Assembly (NCBI GenBank): GCA_965199495.1
Contig: CBDASK010000003.1
Coordinates: forward strand, 1,792,001 to 1,856,000
DNA: 64,000 bases
Direction: 5' to 3'
From: Abditibacterium sp.
GTDB taxonomy: Bacteria; Armatimonadota; Abditibacteriia; Abditibacteriales; Abditibacteriaceae
The notes below the pieces were generated by a model. That model did no database searches. It was not told the origin of the DNA and worked only from the letters and a program-made list of their open reading frames with translations. Numbering within the stretch: the first letter of the stretch is position 1; each line of letters starts with the position of its first letter. Below are positions 52,453-62,715 of this stretch, one piece after another. The position numbers and the translations under genes are program-made.

Positions 52453-53091
52453 TTACCGATTGCGCGTAATCGAGACGTTGGCGTTGCGGATATCGTTGGA
52501 GCCAGAGCGACTGCCATAAACGCGCACGCTATCGCCAACGCTCAGGCTACGCGTCGAAGATGAAGCGTAAACGTTATAGATTGTGCCACCAACCTTGACA
52601 TCGAAATCGCGGTCGCTGCGGACTCTGGTCACAACGCCGCTGAAGGTGCGAGCGTCGGTATTGCCGTAGTTGCCGTTGTAATTGCCGCGTCCGCCGGTAT
52701 TGCCGTAGTTGCCGTTGTAATTGCCGCGTCCGCCGGTATTGCCGTTGTAGTTGCCACGGTCGTAGTTATCGCGGTCGTAGTTATCGCGATTATCATTATC
52801 GCGGTCGTAGTTATCGCGGTCGTTGCGGTCGCGATCATCGTTGTTGCGGTCGTAGTTATCGCGGTCATAGCGGTCGCGGTTGTCGTTGTTGCGAGCATCG
52901 TCGCGCTTATCGTATTTTTTGTCCTTCTTATATTCCTTGTTTTTGCCCTTATCGTGGTCTTTGGCGCGGCGACCGTAAGCCGGAGCGTGGCTGGGCGGAG
53001 CGGCCTGAGCGGTCGGTGCCATTAAAGGAGCGATGGTCATAGCACCTAAGAGAGCCAGACCGAGAGAGATGCGAGAGTTGATGTTCTTCAT
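52453..53091 (-). CDS. Secreted paralog with low-complexity D/N/R/Y repeats and one OB-like repeat
   Basis: Same PPSHAPAYGRRAKD motif and C-terminal domain as 50241-50933. Confidence 0.75.
   Translation of the reverse strand: MKNINSRISLGLALLGAMTIAPLMAPTAQAAPPSHAPAYGRRAKDHDKGKNKEYKKDKKYDKRDDARNNDNRDRYDRDNYDRNNDDRDRNDRDNYDRDNDNRDNYDRDNYDRGNYNGNTGGRGNYNGNYGNTGGRGNYNGNYGNTDARTFSGVVTRVRSDRDFDVKVGGTIYNVYASSSTRSLSVGDSVRVYGSRSGSNDIRNANVSITRNR
52656..52750. repeat. 39-bp coding tandem repeat (about 2.5 copies)
   Basis: CGGTATTGCCGTAGTTGCCGTTGTAATTGCCGCGTCCGC twice plus a partial copy; encodes GGRGNYNGNYGNT. Confidence 0.85.
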
Positions 53092-53243
53092 GTTGTTTTC
53101 CTTGGAAGGTTGATCTTCTGTTGCGTTTTGACTCCAGCGGCAAAGCGGAGTTCATCAAATCAATGGGGATGACGAAGAATAACGCGCAGCCAAAACGCAA
53201 AGGCGCGCCCGATAAATGAGCGCGCCTTTGCGAAATTCGCATC

Positions 53244-54152
53244 TTACCGATTGCGCGTGATATTCACTTTGGCCTCGCGAATATCGTTGCTGCCGACACG
53301 CTTGCCGGTCACACGAACCGTGTCGCCACGACTCAGGCGCTTAGGCGAGTTGTCGGCGTAGACGTTATAGGTGTGACCGTCCACGCGAACGTCGAATTCG
53401 CGGTTATTTTTCACGTCGGTGACTTCGCCCACATAGGTATCGAAGTCGCGCTGATCCTTGGTATCGCCGGGACGCCAGTTGTTGTCGCGGTCTTTGTCGC
53501 GCCAATTGTCGTCGCGGTTTGCATCGCGATAATTCTCGGCGGTGACGCGCGCGCCGCGAATATTGACGCCGCGATCCATCTGGCCATAAATCGTAATCGG
53601 GTCGCCCACGCGCAAATCGCGGGTGGATTCGACCGCGTAAATCTTGTAAATGCGACCATCAATGCGCGCGTTGAACTCGTTATTGGGCAGCAAAATTTCG
53701 ACGGTGCCGCGATAGTTGCGCGGCGAACTCTCGTTTCTGTCGCCACGATTATCGTTCCAGTTGTTATTACGGTTGCCATTGCGATCATTATTGATGATCG
53801 AGACATCGGCGCGGCGCAACTCGTTATTGCCGGTAATTTGTCCCGAAACGCGCACCGTGTCGCCGACGCTGAGCGCGCGCGGCAATGACGACTGCGTAGT
53901 GACATTGTAAGTCCGATTGCCTACGCGCACATCGAAACGGTTGCCGGCGCGCACGTTCGTCACAACTCCAGTGAACGAGTCATCGCGGTCGGTATTGCGA
54001 TAATCGTCGCGATTGCGGCGGTCATTTTGCGAAGCGCGCGGATTGGGATCGGGCGCGGCAGTAGCAGTGGTAGTTACGAGGGGCGCACCGACCAAAGCGG
54101 CCAGCAATGCGATCTCCCAAACTCTGTTGGATTTGGTATCGAAATTTTTCAT
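53244..54152 (-). CDS. Secreted paralog with three OB-like repeats
   Basis: Three copies of the same roughly 60-aa module; ends ITRNR like its paralogs. Confidence 0.75.
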   Translation of the reverse strand: MKNFDTKSNRVWEIALLAALVGAPLVTTTATAAPDPNPRASQNDRRNRDDYRNTDRDDSFTGVVTNVRAGNRFDVRVGNRTYNVTTQSSLPRALSVGDTVRVSGQITGNNELRRADVSIINNDRNGNRNNNWNDNRGDRNESSPRNYRGTVEILLPNNEFNARIDGRIYKIYAVESTRDLRVGDPITIYGQMDRGVNIRGARVTAENYRDANRDDNWRDKDRDNNWRPGDTKDQRDFDTYVGEVTDVKNNREFDVRVDGHTYNVYADNSPKRLSRGDTVRVTGKRVGSNDIREAKVNITRNR

Positions 54153-54228
54153 GGTTGAACTTCCTGATGAGTGAAATTCGACGCGAAAAATCTGGCGGTT
54201 GTTCAACAAATTAACTTCCAACAAAGTT

Positions 54229-56931
54229 TCATTCGCCGCGTTCGCCGCCGCTTTGCTGAATCAGTTTGGCGACCAGAGCCGTCCAACCGGTTTGGTGCAT
54301 CGCGCCCAATCCGGCGCCATCGTCGCCATTGAAATACTCGAAAAACCAGACGTAATCTTTGAATTGTGGGTCGCTCTGCCACTTTTCTACTTCGCCAAAC
54401 GAAGGACGATTGCCGTTGTCGTCGCGTGTAAACAAGCCGGTCAGGCGCCGCGACAATTCACCAGCCACGTCCCACAGATTCATTTGTCGGCCACTGCCGC
54501 TTGGACATTCGATCTGGAAATTATCGCCGTAAAAGAAATCGAATTTTTGCAGCGATTCGATGAGCAAATAGTTAATCGGCATCCAAATCGGGCCGCGCCA
54601 ATTCGAGTTGCCGCCAAATAGCGTTGTCGTCGAGGCGCCCGGTTCGTAATCGAGCGAAAACGTGTGACCGTCCAACTGCAAATAAACCGGATGGTCGCGG
54701 TGATATTGCGAGACAGAACGCAAACCGTGCGGCGACAAAAACTCGTCGGTCGAAAGCATGCGCGACAAAATGCGACGCAAACGATTTTCGTCAACAACAG
54801 CGAATAGATGACGCTGCGCCTGTCCTTGCTTATGCAGCGACGCCGCGTTTTTGGTTAAATCGGGGCGATGCTGCAAAAACCAGTTCAAGCGCCCGGCGAA
54901 CGACGGCAACTTTTCCAACGTTTCGCTCGACAAAGTTTCGACGGCCAACAACGGCAACAATCCAACCAGCGAACGCGTTTTGAGAAACTCGGCCCCTCCA
55001 TCGGGGCGCACTAAAACGTCGTAATAAAAGCCATCGTCTTCGTCCCATAAATCGAAGTTGGCGCCGCCGCTCATACTTTTATTCATGGTTTCGCGCCCAT
55101 TCATGGCGTGCGCGATATAAAAGAAATGCTCCAAAAATTTGGTCGCGACATCTTCATAAACCGGATTATCTACGGCGAGTTCGAGGGCAATCGCCAGCAT
55201 ATTCAGGCAATAGGTCGCCATCCACGCGGTGCCGTCGGCCTGCTCCAAAATCATGCCTGCGGGCAAAGGCGCGCTGCGGTCGAAAATGCCGATATTGTCC
55301 AAACCCAGAAAACCGCCCTGAAACAGATTGCGTCCGTTAGCATCTTTGCGATTGACCCACCACGTAAAATTGAGCAGCAACTTTTGAAAGACACGCTCCA
55401 GAAAATCGGTATCGCCCACGCCGGTGCGCTTGCGCTCGATGCGAAACACGCGAAGCGAAGCCCACGCGTGAACCGGCGGATTGACATCGCCAAAACTCCA
55501 TTCGTAGGCGGGCAACTGGCCGTTGGGGTGCATATACCATTCGCGCCCCAAAAGTAGCAGTTGATCTTTGGCGAAATCGGCGTCAACCAGGGCAATCGGG
55601 ATGCAGTGAAACGCCAAATCCCACGCGGCAAACCACGGATATTCCCACGTATCGGGCATCGAAATGATGTCGTGCGCCGCCAAAGTCGTCCAATGCGCGT
55701 TGCGTCCGTGCCAACGCGTTGCCGGTGGCTGCGGTTGGCCCGGATCGCCTTTGAGCCATTTGCGCACATCGTAATGATAAAACTGCTTGCCCCACATCAG
55801 CCCGGCGAACGCTTGACGCTGCACTAATTTCTCGTCGTCCGAAGCGCCCGGCGGCAATTGCAACGCATAAAATTCGTCGGCCTCTTTTCTACGCGTGGCG
55901 AAGATGTTATCGAACGCCTCGCCAAACGCATCGCTGGGATGAGTGCCGCCGCTTTCCTCCAAATTCGTCAGCCGCATTTTTATCGTCGCCGACTGGCCCG
56001 CTTCGATTTGCAACGAATAATGCGCCGCCATCTTGGTGCCGATTCCGCGCGGACTGACGCATTTTTTGTTGCCTTCTACAACGCAATCGTTGATGCCATC
56101 TTTGGGATACGGCGTGAGGTTATCCGAACCGTAAAGCCGCTTGTTGTTGGTCGCGTTCTCGCAAAATAGCAGTTCGGGGTCTTGATTGATGTTCTCAAAG
56201 AGCAGCGAATATTGTCCCTTCAACAACGGATGCGTCACGTCCACGCGCGTTTCCGTCACCGATTCGACGCGCGCGATTTGCGCGCGATATTCGGGATTGC
56301 CCCAACTCCAAATGTCGCGGCACCACAGCGTCGGCAACAGATGAATCGGCGCGGTTTCCGGGCCACGATTATGCACCGTAATCGAAATTAGAATATCTTC
56401 GGCGCTGGCCTTGGCGTATTCGACGAAAACATCGAAATAGCGGTCTTCGTCCCACACGCCGGTCTCGTGCAGTTCGTATTCGGGCTGACTTTTATCGCGC
56501 GCGGCGTTGCCTTCCAATAATTGCTGATAGGGAAATGCCTGTTGCGGATATTTATAGAGAAACTTCTGATAAGCGTGCGTCGGCGTGTTATCGAGATAAT
56601 AATAGGTCTCTTTGACATCCTCGCCGTGAACGCCCTGATTGCCGGTCAAACCAAACGGGCGCTCTTTGAGAATCGCGTCTTTTTCGTTCCACAACGCGAG
56701 CGAAAAACACAAAAATTGGTTGTCATCGCAGATGCCGCCCAACCCGTCTTCGTTCCAGCGATAGGTTTTGGAGCGCGCCCAATCGTGCGGCAAGTATTCC
56801 CACGCGGTGCCATCGGCGCTGTAATCTTCGCGCACCGTGCCCCACGCGCGCGCCGACAAATACGGCCCCCACTTTTTCCAGGGTTCGCGATTGTCGCGCG
56901 CCAGTTGCAGACGATGTTCTTCGGCGTTCAT
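54229..56931 (-). CDS. MGH1-like / GH63-related glucosidase
   Basis: [37 protein letters not shown] and [11 protein letters not shown] motifs. Confidence 0.9.
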   Translation of the reverse strand: MNAEEHRLQLARDNREPWKKWGPYLSARAWGTVREDYSADGTAWEYLPHDWARSKTYRWNEDGLGGICDDNQFLCFSLALWNEKDAILKERPFGLTGNQGVHGEDVKETYYYLDNTPTHAYQKFLYKYPQQAFPYQQLLEGNAARDKSQPEYELHETGVWDEDRYFDVFVEYAKASAEDILISITVHNRGPETAPIHLLPTLWCRDIWSWGNPEYRAQIARVESVTETRVDVTHPLLKGQYSLLFENINQDPELLFCENATNNKRLYGSDNLTPYPKDGINDCVVEGNKKCVSPRGIGTKMAAHYSLQIEAGQSATIKMRLTNLEESGGTHPSDAFGEAFDNIFATRRKEADEFYALQLPPGASDDEKLVQRQAFAGLMWGKQFYHYDVRKWLKGDPGQPQPPATRWHGRNAHWTTLAAHDIISMPDTWEYPWFAAWDLAFHCIPIALVDADFAKDQLLLLGREWYMHPNGQLPAYEWSFGDVNPPVHAWASLRVFRIERKRTGVGDTDFLERVFQKLLLNFTWWVNRKDANGRNLFQGGFLGLDNIGIFDRSAPLPAGMILEQADGTAWMATYCLNMLAIALELAVDNPVYEDVATKFLEHFFYIAHAMNGRETMNKSMSGGANFDLWDEDDGFYYDVLVRPDGGAEFLKTRSLVGLLPLLAVETLSSETLEKLPSFAGRLNWFLQHRPDLTKNAASLHKQGQAQRHLFAVVDENRLRRILSRMLSTDEFLSPHGLRSVSQYHRDHPVYLQLDGHTFSLDYEPGASTTTLFGGNSNWRGPIWMPINYLLIESLQKFDFFYGDNFQIECPSGSGRQMNLWDVAGELSRRLTGLFTRDDNGNRPSFGEVEKWQSDPQFKDYVWFFEYFNGDDGAGLGAMHQTGWTALVAKLIQQSGGERGE

Positions 56932-56939
56932 AATTTTTA

Positions 56940-57032
56940 GGTGACAAGTTTCAAGTGGCAGGTGGCAAGTAATATCCGTTCATCGCGCATTTACCACTTC
57001 AACTCGCCACCTGAAACTTGCCACTTGCCACC
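56940..57032. repeat. Inverted heptamer-type repeat (GTGGCAA/TTGCCAC units)
   Basis: GGTGACAAGTTTCAAGTGGCAGGTGGCAAGT ... CCACCTGAAACTTGCCACTTGCCACC. Confidence 0.6.
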
Positions 57033-57034
57033 TT

Positions 57035-57814
57035 TTAATAAGCCGTCACTTGCTGCGTCAATCCGCCGTCCACGTAGTAGGTGCTGCCGGTCACGTAATC
57101 GGAATCGGACGAGGCCAGAAACGCAGCCACGGCGGCGACTTCTTCGGGCGTGCCGAAGCGGCCCCACGGAATTTCGCCAATCGCGGCGGCTTTGGCTTCG
57201 GGGCTATCCAAAACTTTCTGGTTGATCGGCGTGGCTATCGCGCCCGGCGCGATATTATTCACGTTGATTTTATGCGGCGCCAATTCCATCGCCAAATTGC
57301 GACAAACCATCCTCATACCGCCCTTGGAGGCGCAATACGCCGTGTAACCGGGAAACGGAATATCTTCGTGAACCGACGAGATATTAATGATTTTTCCGCC
57401 GTCGCCCTGCTTGACCATCTGTTGCGCGCCGATCTGCGAAACCACGAAACCGCCATAAAGGTTGACCGCAATCACTTTATTCCATTCGGCGTCGGTGACT
57501 TCGAGGAACGGTTTATTGATTTCGATGCCCGCGTTGTTGACGACGATATCAATGCGCCCAAACTTGGCGATAACATCGGCGAACATCTTTTCGACTTGGT
57601 CGCGCTGCGAAACATCGGCAGCCACGGCGATGCCGGTTTCGCCATAAGTTTTCTCGAAATCGTCCACCTCAGACTGCGAATCAGTGGCGTTCTGATTTAT
57701 CGGCAAGTAATTGACGGCGACGTGCGCGCCTTCCTGCGCGAATTTGGTGGCGATGCCCTTGCCAATGCCCGAATTGGCGCCCGTGATGAGCGCGACTTTA
57801 TCTTTGAGTTTCAT
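57035..57814 (-). CDS. SDR oxidoreductase, glucose 1-dehydrogenase-like
   Basis: TGANSGIG, NNAG, SSVHE, YCASK and PGAIATPIN motifs. Confidence 0.9.
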   Translation of the reverse strand: MKLKDKVALITGANSGIGKGIATKFAQEGAHVAVNYLPINQNATDSQSEVDDFEKTYGETGIAVAADVSQRDQVEKMFADVIAKFGRIDIVVNNAGIEINKPFLEVTDAEWNKVIAVNLYGGFVVSQIGAQQMVKQGDGGKIINISSVHEDIPFPGYTAYCASKGGMRMVCRNLAMELAPHKINVNNIAPGAIATPINQKVLDSPEAKAAAIGEIPWGRFGTPEEVAAVAAFLASSDSDYVTGSTYYVDGGLTQQVTAY

Positions 57815-57907
57815 GATTTTTCTCTGTAAATGCAGCGGATACCACAGAGAAAAATTGGTGCCGCCACGCGCTTATAAATTAGGGTTGTGAGGATTCACAC
57901 CTTGAAA

Positions 57908-59431
57908 TCAATCCGCCGTCGCGTCATCCAACAATTCAATCGGATGTTTGATTTGCACTTTCGGCCCGAACTTCTGCGCGCCCAGCATCAATTGCATCGC
58001 GCAACCGGGATTGCCGGTCACGCAAACCGTCGCGCCGGTTTGGCGAATTTTTTCCATTTTGCGTTTCAACAAATCGCTCGCCATTTGCGGTTGCGTGATG
58101 TTGTAAGTGCCCGCCGAACCGCAACACATCTCGCTTTCGGCGAGCGCGATAATTTGCGCGTTTGGCAACAGCGCCAACAGTTCGCGCGGCGGCAGTCGAA
58201 TGCCCTGACCGTGCGCCAAATGACAGGCGTCGTGATAAGTCACCGTCAATTCATTCTTCGGTTTCGGCTGCGGCAACTTCACGTCGTCGGTCAAATTAGA
58301 ATCGGCAGGTTCGGCCAATAATTGTTCATCGGGCGCGCCCGCCGAATCGCCTTCGTTCAGCGTCGCCGCGCCGCCGACGTTGGGCGTAGTTTCGCGCGCG
58401 ACATCCATTTCGCGCGCTTCCAATTTTTGATTTGGTGAAACATTCATTTGCGCGGCCAGCTTCTCTTTATAAGGAGACATCGCCAGCCATTCCGAGACAT
58501 CGCGGACTTTATCGGCCAAACGTTGTGCGCGCGCTTCCCACTCATCATCGCCCTTAAACCAGTGCGGATATTCCTTCAACGCCGAGCCGCAACCCGCCGC
58601 ATTAACGATAAAAGCGTCCCATTCGCCGTGTTCGCGCTGCCAATTTTCAAACGCCACGATATTGGCGCGCGCCAACGATTTCGCGGTTTCCATCGCGCCG
58701 GTGTGCGCGTGCATTGCGCCACAACAATTTTGCGATTTTGGCGCACTTACTTCGCAACCCACGCGCGTCAACACGCGCGCCGTGGCTGCATTGACGTGGG
58801 GCAACATGACGGGCATCACGCAACCAGTCAGCATTCCGACATTCGCGGTTTTCTCGCCCTTCGCCGCCCATTTTTGTGGAAATTTATGGCGTCGGCCCGG
58901 TGCGGGCAAAGGCGGCAACAACATTTCCATATCGCCCAATTGTCCGAACCATTTCATCACGCCCAACTTGCGCATTAACGGCAAAACGCCGGTTTTACGC
59001 AAAACGCGAATCGGAAATAGAAGCGGCTCCAACCGATTCGGATAGGGAAATGTGTTTTCGGCGGCTTTGAGAATCAACGCGTCTTTGCGGCTTTTGCGAA
59101 CGCCGGTTTCGCGCAAATGCGCGCGCGTGCCTTCCAATAAATAGCCGTATTGCACGCCCGAAGGACACGCCGTCTCGCAGCCACGACAACCCAGACAACT
59201 GTCCAAATGCGCGACAACATCGGGCGTGGCTTCGATGCGTTGCTCGAACAACGCGCGCATTAAATAGATGCGACCGCGCGGCGAATCGGCTTCGACGCCG
59301 TTCTCAGCATAAGTCGGGCACTGCGACAGACACAAACCGCAGTGAATGCAATCCATCAAACGCTCATGTTCGATATGCAAATTGGCGATGCCAACTTTGT
59401 GGCGCGGTGTGAGTTCGATGGGTTGCGACAT
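57908..59431 (-). CDS. glcF: Glycolate oxidase iron-sulfur subunit
   Basis: CIHCGLCLSQCPTY, CLGCRGCETACPSGV, two CCG domains and YHDACHL. Confidence 0.88.
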   Translation of the reverse strand: MSQPIELTPRHKVGIANLHIEHERLMDCIHCGLCLSQCPTYAENGVEADSPRGRIYLMRALFEQRIEATPDVVAHLDSCLGCRGCETACPSGVQYGYLLEGTRAHLRETGVRKSRKDALILKAAENTFPYPNRLEPLLFPIRVLRKTGVLPLMRKLGVMKWFGQLGDMEMLLPPLPAPGRRHKFPQKWAAKGEKTANVGMLTGCVMPVMLPHVNAATARVLTRVGCEVSAPKSQNCCGAMHAHTGAMETAKSLARANIVAFENWQREHGEWDAFIVNAAGCGSALKEYPHWFKGDDEWEARAQRLADKVRDVSEWLAMSPYKEKLAAQMNVSPNQKLEAREMDVARETTPNVGGAATLNEGDSAGAPDEQLLAEPADSNLTDDVKLPQPKPKNELTVTYHDACHLAHGQGIRLPPRELLALLPNAQIIALAESEMCCGSAGTYNITQPQMASDLLKRKMEKIRQTGATVCVTGNPGCAMQLMLGAQKFGPKVQIKHPIELLDDATAD

Positions 59432-59459
59432 GAACTGTTGAGTTTACGCGACGTTTTGC

Positions 59460-59585
59460 TTTAGCCACAGAGGGCACAGAGAAGCACAGAGAGAACGAAG
59501 AATTTTAGAGGAAAAATCACTCGCTTTCTTCTCTCTTTTGATTTCTTCGTTCTCTCTGTGCTTCTCTGTGCCCTCTGTGGCTAAA
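59460..59585. repeat. Inverted repeat of CACAGAG units, family C
   Basis: About 43-bp perfect arms TTTAGCCACAGAGGGCACAGAGAAGCACAGAGAGAACGAAGAA and its reverse complement. Confidence 0.85.
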
Positions 59586-59593
59586 ATAAAGAT

Positions 59594-59800
59594 ATGGACG
59601 AATTTGGAATCAACACCGAAAACCCTTACGACTGCGCGTTTTGCGGCGAAGAAAACAGCGTTTTCGTGGACGCGAGCGGCGCACGCGTGCAACAATTCAC
59701 CGAAGATTGCACGATTTGCTGTCGCCCCAATCTGCTGACCATCACCATCGAGCGCGACGATTCGGTTTGGATTGATGTCGAACGTGAATACGATGCTTAA
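59594..59800 (+). CDS. CPXCG-motif cysteine-rich small protein
   Basis: CAFCGE...QQFTEDCTICCRP. Confidence 0.85.
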   Translation: MDEFGINTENPYDCAFCGEENSVFVDASGARVQQFTEDCTICCRPNLLTITIERDDSVWIDVEREYDA

Positions 59801-60588
59801 TCTTCGGCGATGTAGGCTTCGCGCACGTCGAATGCGATGTTCGAGAGCAAATGGCATTTGTCGCATTTGAAATCAAATTTGCCATGCCACGGTTCTTTTA
59901 GCAACCAGTCGCCGCCGCACTTCGGGCATTTGCGGGCGACTTCCAAATCGATGTTCGCCCCGGTTTGAACATACAAATAGTAATAAACCGGCTGTTTTGT
60001 CGAAGCCGAAATCAAGCGACAAACTTCCAATCCTAATTTGGTGAGCGCGCTGTTTGGTTGCGACATTTGGCGCATTGTCGAACGTTCTAATACCGTGCAA
60101 CCCATTTGTAAAGTGTCACACGCTTTGTAATCAGCTTCCCAACGGCCTAATTTCCAATATTCGCTTTCTTGTTCTGGGCGCACGCGGTATAGCGGCACTG
60201 GCCCGAAACAGAACGCACAACGTAACGGCGACTCAAACGATATAAAAGTGGTGTAAAGCACATAACTGCTGGGCTGAGTGCATTCGCAAGCATCAAGGCT
60301 TTCGAGGTTACGCCCCACGATAATAAATTGTGGCCGCCGACCTCCCACTTTCATAAAGCGAGTGATCAGCATTTCGACAATCGTATCATTGTGCTTCTCG
60401 TGTAGAGCCTCTTCGTCGGGCACAAGGACAAAAGATGCGAACCCCTGCGGAGATTCCAACAAACCATATTCGTTGCTGGAAATTTGTCCACTAAAATACA
60501 TGGCGTCCAAAATGTCCGATGCAATATCTTCTGCCTCATCGTTCTCTTCCGTCGAATCGAAGGGAAATTGAATTTGTGCGACAAACAT
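59797..60588 (-). CDS. Zn-ribbon protein (DUF2310-like)
   Basis: SPLRCAFCFGPVPLY, ACDTLQM, PVYYYLY and CPKCGGDW...FKCDKCHLLSN. Confidence 0.8.
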   Translation of the reverse strand: MFVAQIQFPFDSTEENDEAEDIASDILDAMYFSGQISSNEYGLLESPQGFASFVLVPDEEALHEKHNDTIVEMLITRFMKVGGRRPQFIIVGRNLESLDACECTQPSSYVLYTTFISFESPLRCAFCFGPVPLYRVRPEQESEYWKLGRWEADYKACDTLQMGCTVLERSTMRQMSQPNSALTKLGLEVCRLISASTKQPVYYYLYVQTGANIDLEVARKCPKCGGDWLLKEPWHGKFDFKCDKCHLLSNIAFDVREAYIAED

Positions 60589-60600
60589 AGCGGGCTTAGT

Positions 60601-61575
60601 TTATGCGCACAATTGTTCGAGCCAAAATTTCGTCGTCGCGCCGCGCACGATATGATAAATCGCCGTCTGAGCAGCCACGTCGACGGGATGTTTGGCGGTT
60701 TCCCACAATCGGCCCGATAACGCGAAATGATTGGCGCCGTGAATTACCAATTTTTGCTTCAAACCTTCGGGCGCGTGCCGATAAGTTTCTAATTTCTCGC
60801 GATAACTGCGGCCCCACACGGTTTTATCGCGGTCGCCGGTAATCAGCAAAAATGGCGCAGTTAAAGTTTTCCACACGCTTTTGGGCAGACGTTTGGCGCC
60901 GTGTTCGCCCGAAATTGACAAAACCGCTTTGAAGCGTCGGTCGCGCATCGAAAAGCGACCGTTACGCGCCATCAACTGCGCGCCACCCATCAAGCACGCG
61001 ACGTGCGCGCCATACGAATAGCCGCCGATGCCGATGCGATTCACGTCAATGCGCCCGTCAAAATCGCCGATTTCATCTAATAAACGCGAAATGTCGTTGC
61101 ACCTCGCGCGCCACATTCGCTCTTCGCCCAGAACCAAACCCCAAACGTCCCACGTCGTGCGCCAGTGCGCCCACAAAACCGATCTGGAAACGTGATGATA
61201 ATGGGTGAACGAATCGAAGTGAACCGGCTGCAACACCACAAAGCCGTGGCTGGCCCAGTGATGCGCCAGATCGATATAGCCTGAACCGTCGTCGCCGCCG
61301 CCGCCCGAAAATACAATCGCCGGAAACGGCCCGTCGCCAACCGGAGTAGTCACGCGATAACGCGCCTCGCTGCCTTCGCGAATCGGGAAAAACTCTGAAT
61401 TGACGATGGCGCCATAGCCGCCATCTTCGTAATCATGCGGGCCAGTTGCGGCCAGTGGCTGCAATTCTTCGGGCACGCGTTGCAAGGGCGCCGCGCAGTT
61501 CGTCAGTTCGGGGTAAAAGCGCGCCAGTTGATAGACGACGCGCGCGGTTTGATACCATTCAAAAGGGCCAAGCAC
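60601..61575 (-). CDS. Alpha/beta hydrolase (chlorophyllase/dienelactone-hydrolase-like)
   Basis: GYSYG nucleophile elbow, TGDRD and GANH. Confidence 0.82.
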   Translation of the reverse strand: MLGPFEWYQTARVVYQLARFYPELTNCAAPLQRVPEELQPLAATGPHDYEDGGYGAIVNSEFFPIREGSEARYRVTTPVGDGPFPAIVFSGGGGDDGSGYIDLAHHWASHGFVVLQPVHFDSFTHYHHVSRSVLWAHWRTTWDVWGLVLGEERMWRARCNDISRLLDEIGDFDGRIDVNRIGIGGYSYGAHVACLMGGAQLMARNGRFSMRDRRFKAVLSISGEHGAKRLPKSVWKTLTAPFLLITGDRDKTVWGRSYREKLETYRHAPEGLKQKLVIHGANHFALSGRLWETAKHPVDVAAQTAIYHIVRGATTKFWLEQLCA

Positions 61576-61598
61576 AGGGAAAGTTTAATTTTCGATTT

Positions 61599-61696
61599 CG
61601 GGGTGACGCCGATTTATCGCGCCTAAAACGTTAAGTTCGCTTCGACGTTTAGGAATGCGATACGTTTTAGACGCGATAAATCGGCGTCTCTACGGG
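61599..61696. repeat. REPIN-like element, family A (diverged)
   Basis: GACGCCGATTTATCGCGCCTAAAACGT ... ACGTTTTAGACGCGATAAATCGGCGTCTCTACGGG. Confidence 0.75.
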
Positions 61697-61752
61697 AGCA
61701 AACGCGCGAAAACCTCACGCCAAACAGCGCGAGGTTTTTTGCGGCTCAAAGT

Positions 61753-62259
61753 TTAATTGTGAGCGTTGCCATTGCTCTCATAGCCGTTGGGATTGTAGCC
61801 GGTTAAAGCCGTCATCTCATCCGCCGAAGGCGCGTCGGGACGCGTGATGCCGGGCGTGTAGGCGGTCACATGAGGAGCCACGGCGCCGGGCAACATCGTG
61901 GTTTCGTTGTTGTATTCGAGGCCGCGACGCAATACGCAGGTCTCGACTTCGGCCAAGCCAAACGCTTCCATCAACAAGTCGCAGGTATAAGCCGGATCGA
62001 ACTCTTTGCACGAGAACACATCAATGGCGACTTCGCCGCGTTCGGGAAAAGTGTGAACCGAGATGTGCGATTCGGCGATCATGACGAAACCGGAAATGCC
62101 CCAATCTTCGGGCGTGACGCCGACATAACGCGTCACAATCGGTGGCATGATTTTCGTCATGTTGATGCGGCCCGGCAAGGTGTCGAGCAGTTCGTAGAGA
62201 GCGGGCAAATCCTGGAGTTTGTGCCAGTCGCCACCGCGACCTTCGATGATGAGATGCAT
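61753..62259 (-). CDS. speD: S-adenosylmethionine decarboxylase proenzyme family (pyruvoyl-dependent)
   Basis: MHLIIE; IAESHISVHTFPE self-cleavage motif; DVFSC; GGGAGG SD before ATG at 62259. Substrate could be Arg/Orn in some homologs. Confidence 0.88.
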   Translation of the reverse strand: MHLIIEGRGGDWHKLQDLPALYELLDTLPGRINMTKIMPPIVTRYVGVTPEDWGISGFVMIAESHISVHTFPERGEVAIDVFSCKEFDPAYTCDLLMEAFGLAEVETCVLRRGLEYNNETTMLPGAVAPHVTAYTPGITRPDAPSADEMTALTGYNPNGYESNGNAHN

Positions 62260-62642
62260 AATATGAGCTGCCTCCCTGGCAGCGTTTGGCCGGGGCATTG
62301 TGACCCCAAAACCGAAAAAAGCCCGACAGTTAGAAATCCAGTGAGCGTGCCCAATTAAGGCGACGTGGCTACAAGTGAGTGAGACAATTGAACTGGATTT
62401 TTTAGGAACCGGGCTGACCTCCTGCGGCAATGAAATTCACAGAGAAGGGGCCGCCCTTCAATTTCTCTGCGGCTTATTGGAGCGTCTTTCGCGGCGAGAC
62501 TTCGTGAAACTGGGCAAAAAAAAGCCACACCGAAATGGAAATGTGTCCATTTGCAACGGGAAATTCCCGGGTGCGACTTAATTGCTGGATTTCATTGAAG
62601 AATCGAACTGCCGTTCCAAACGCTTTTAAGCGGATTTATTAT
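62260..62642 (-). promoter_or_regulatory. Long structured 5' leader of speD with -10 box, uORF and terminator-like element
   Basis: TATAAT at 62637-62642; ATG AAA TCC AGC AAT TAA at 62595-62578; branched stem followed by U8. Confidence 0.55.
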
Positions 62643-62715
62643 ACGAATTTTGCGCGCGTTTGGTTGCGATTTTTCGTTGATACTTTGCCAAAAACTGAAC
62701 GCTTGAAAACCCGCC

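Noticed and set aside
52656..52920. Possible CRISPR array
   Set aside because: Repeats are contiguous, in-frame and coding, with no unique spacers and no cas genes.
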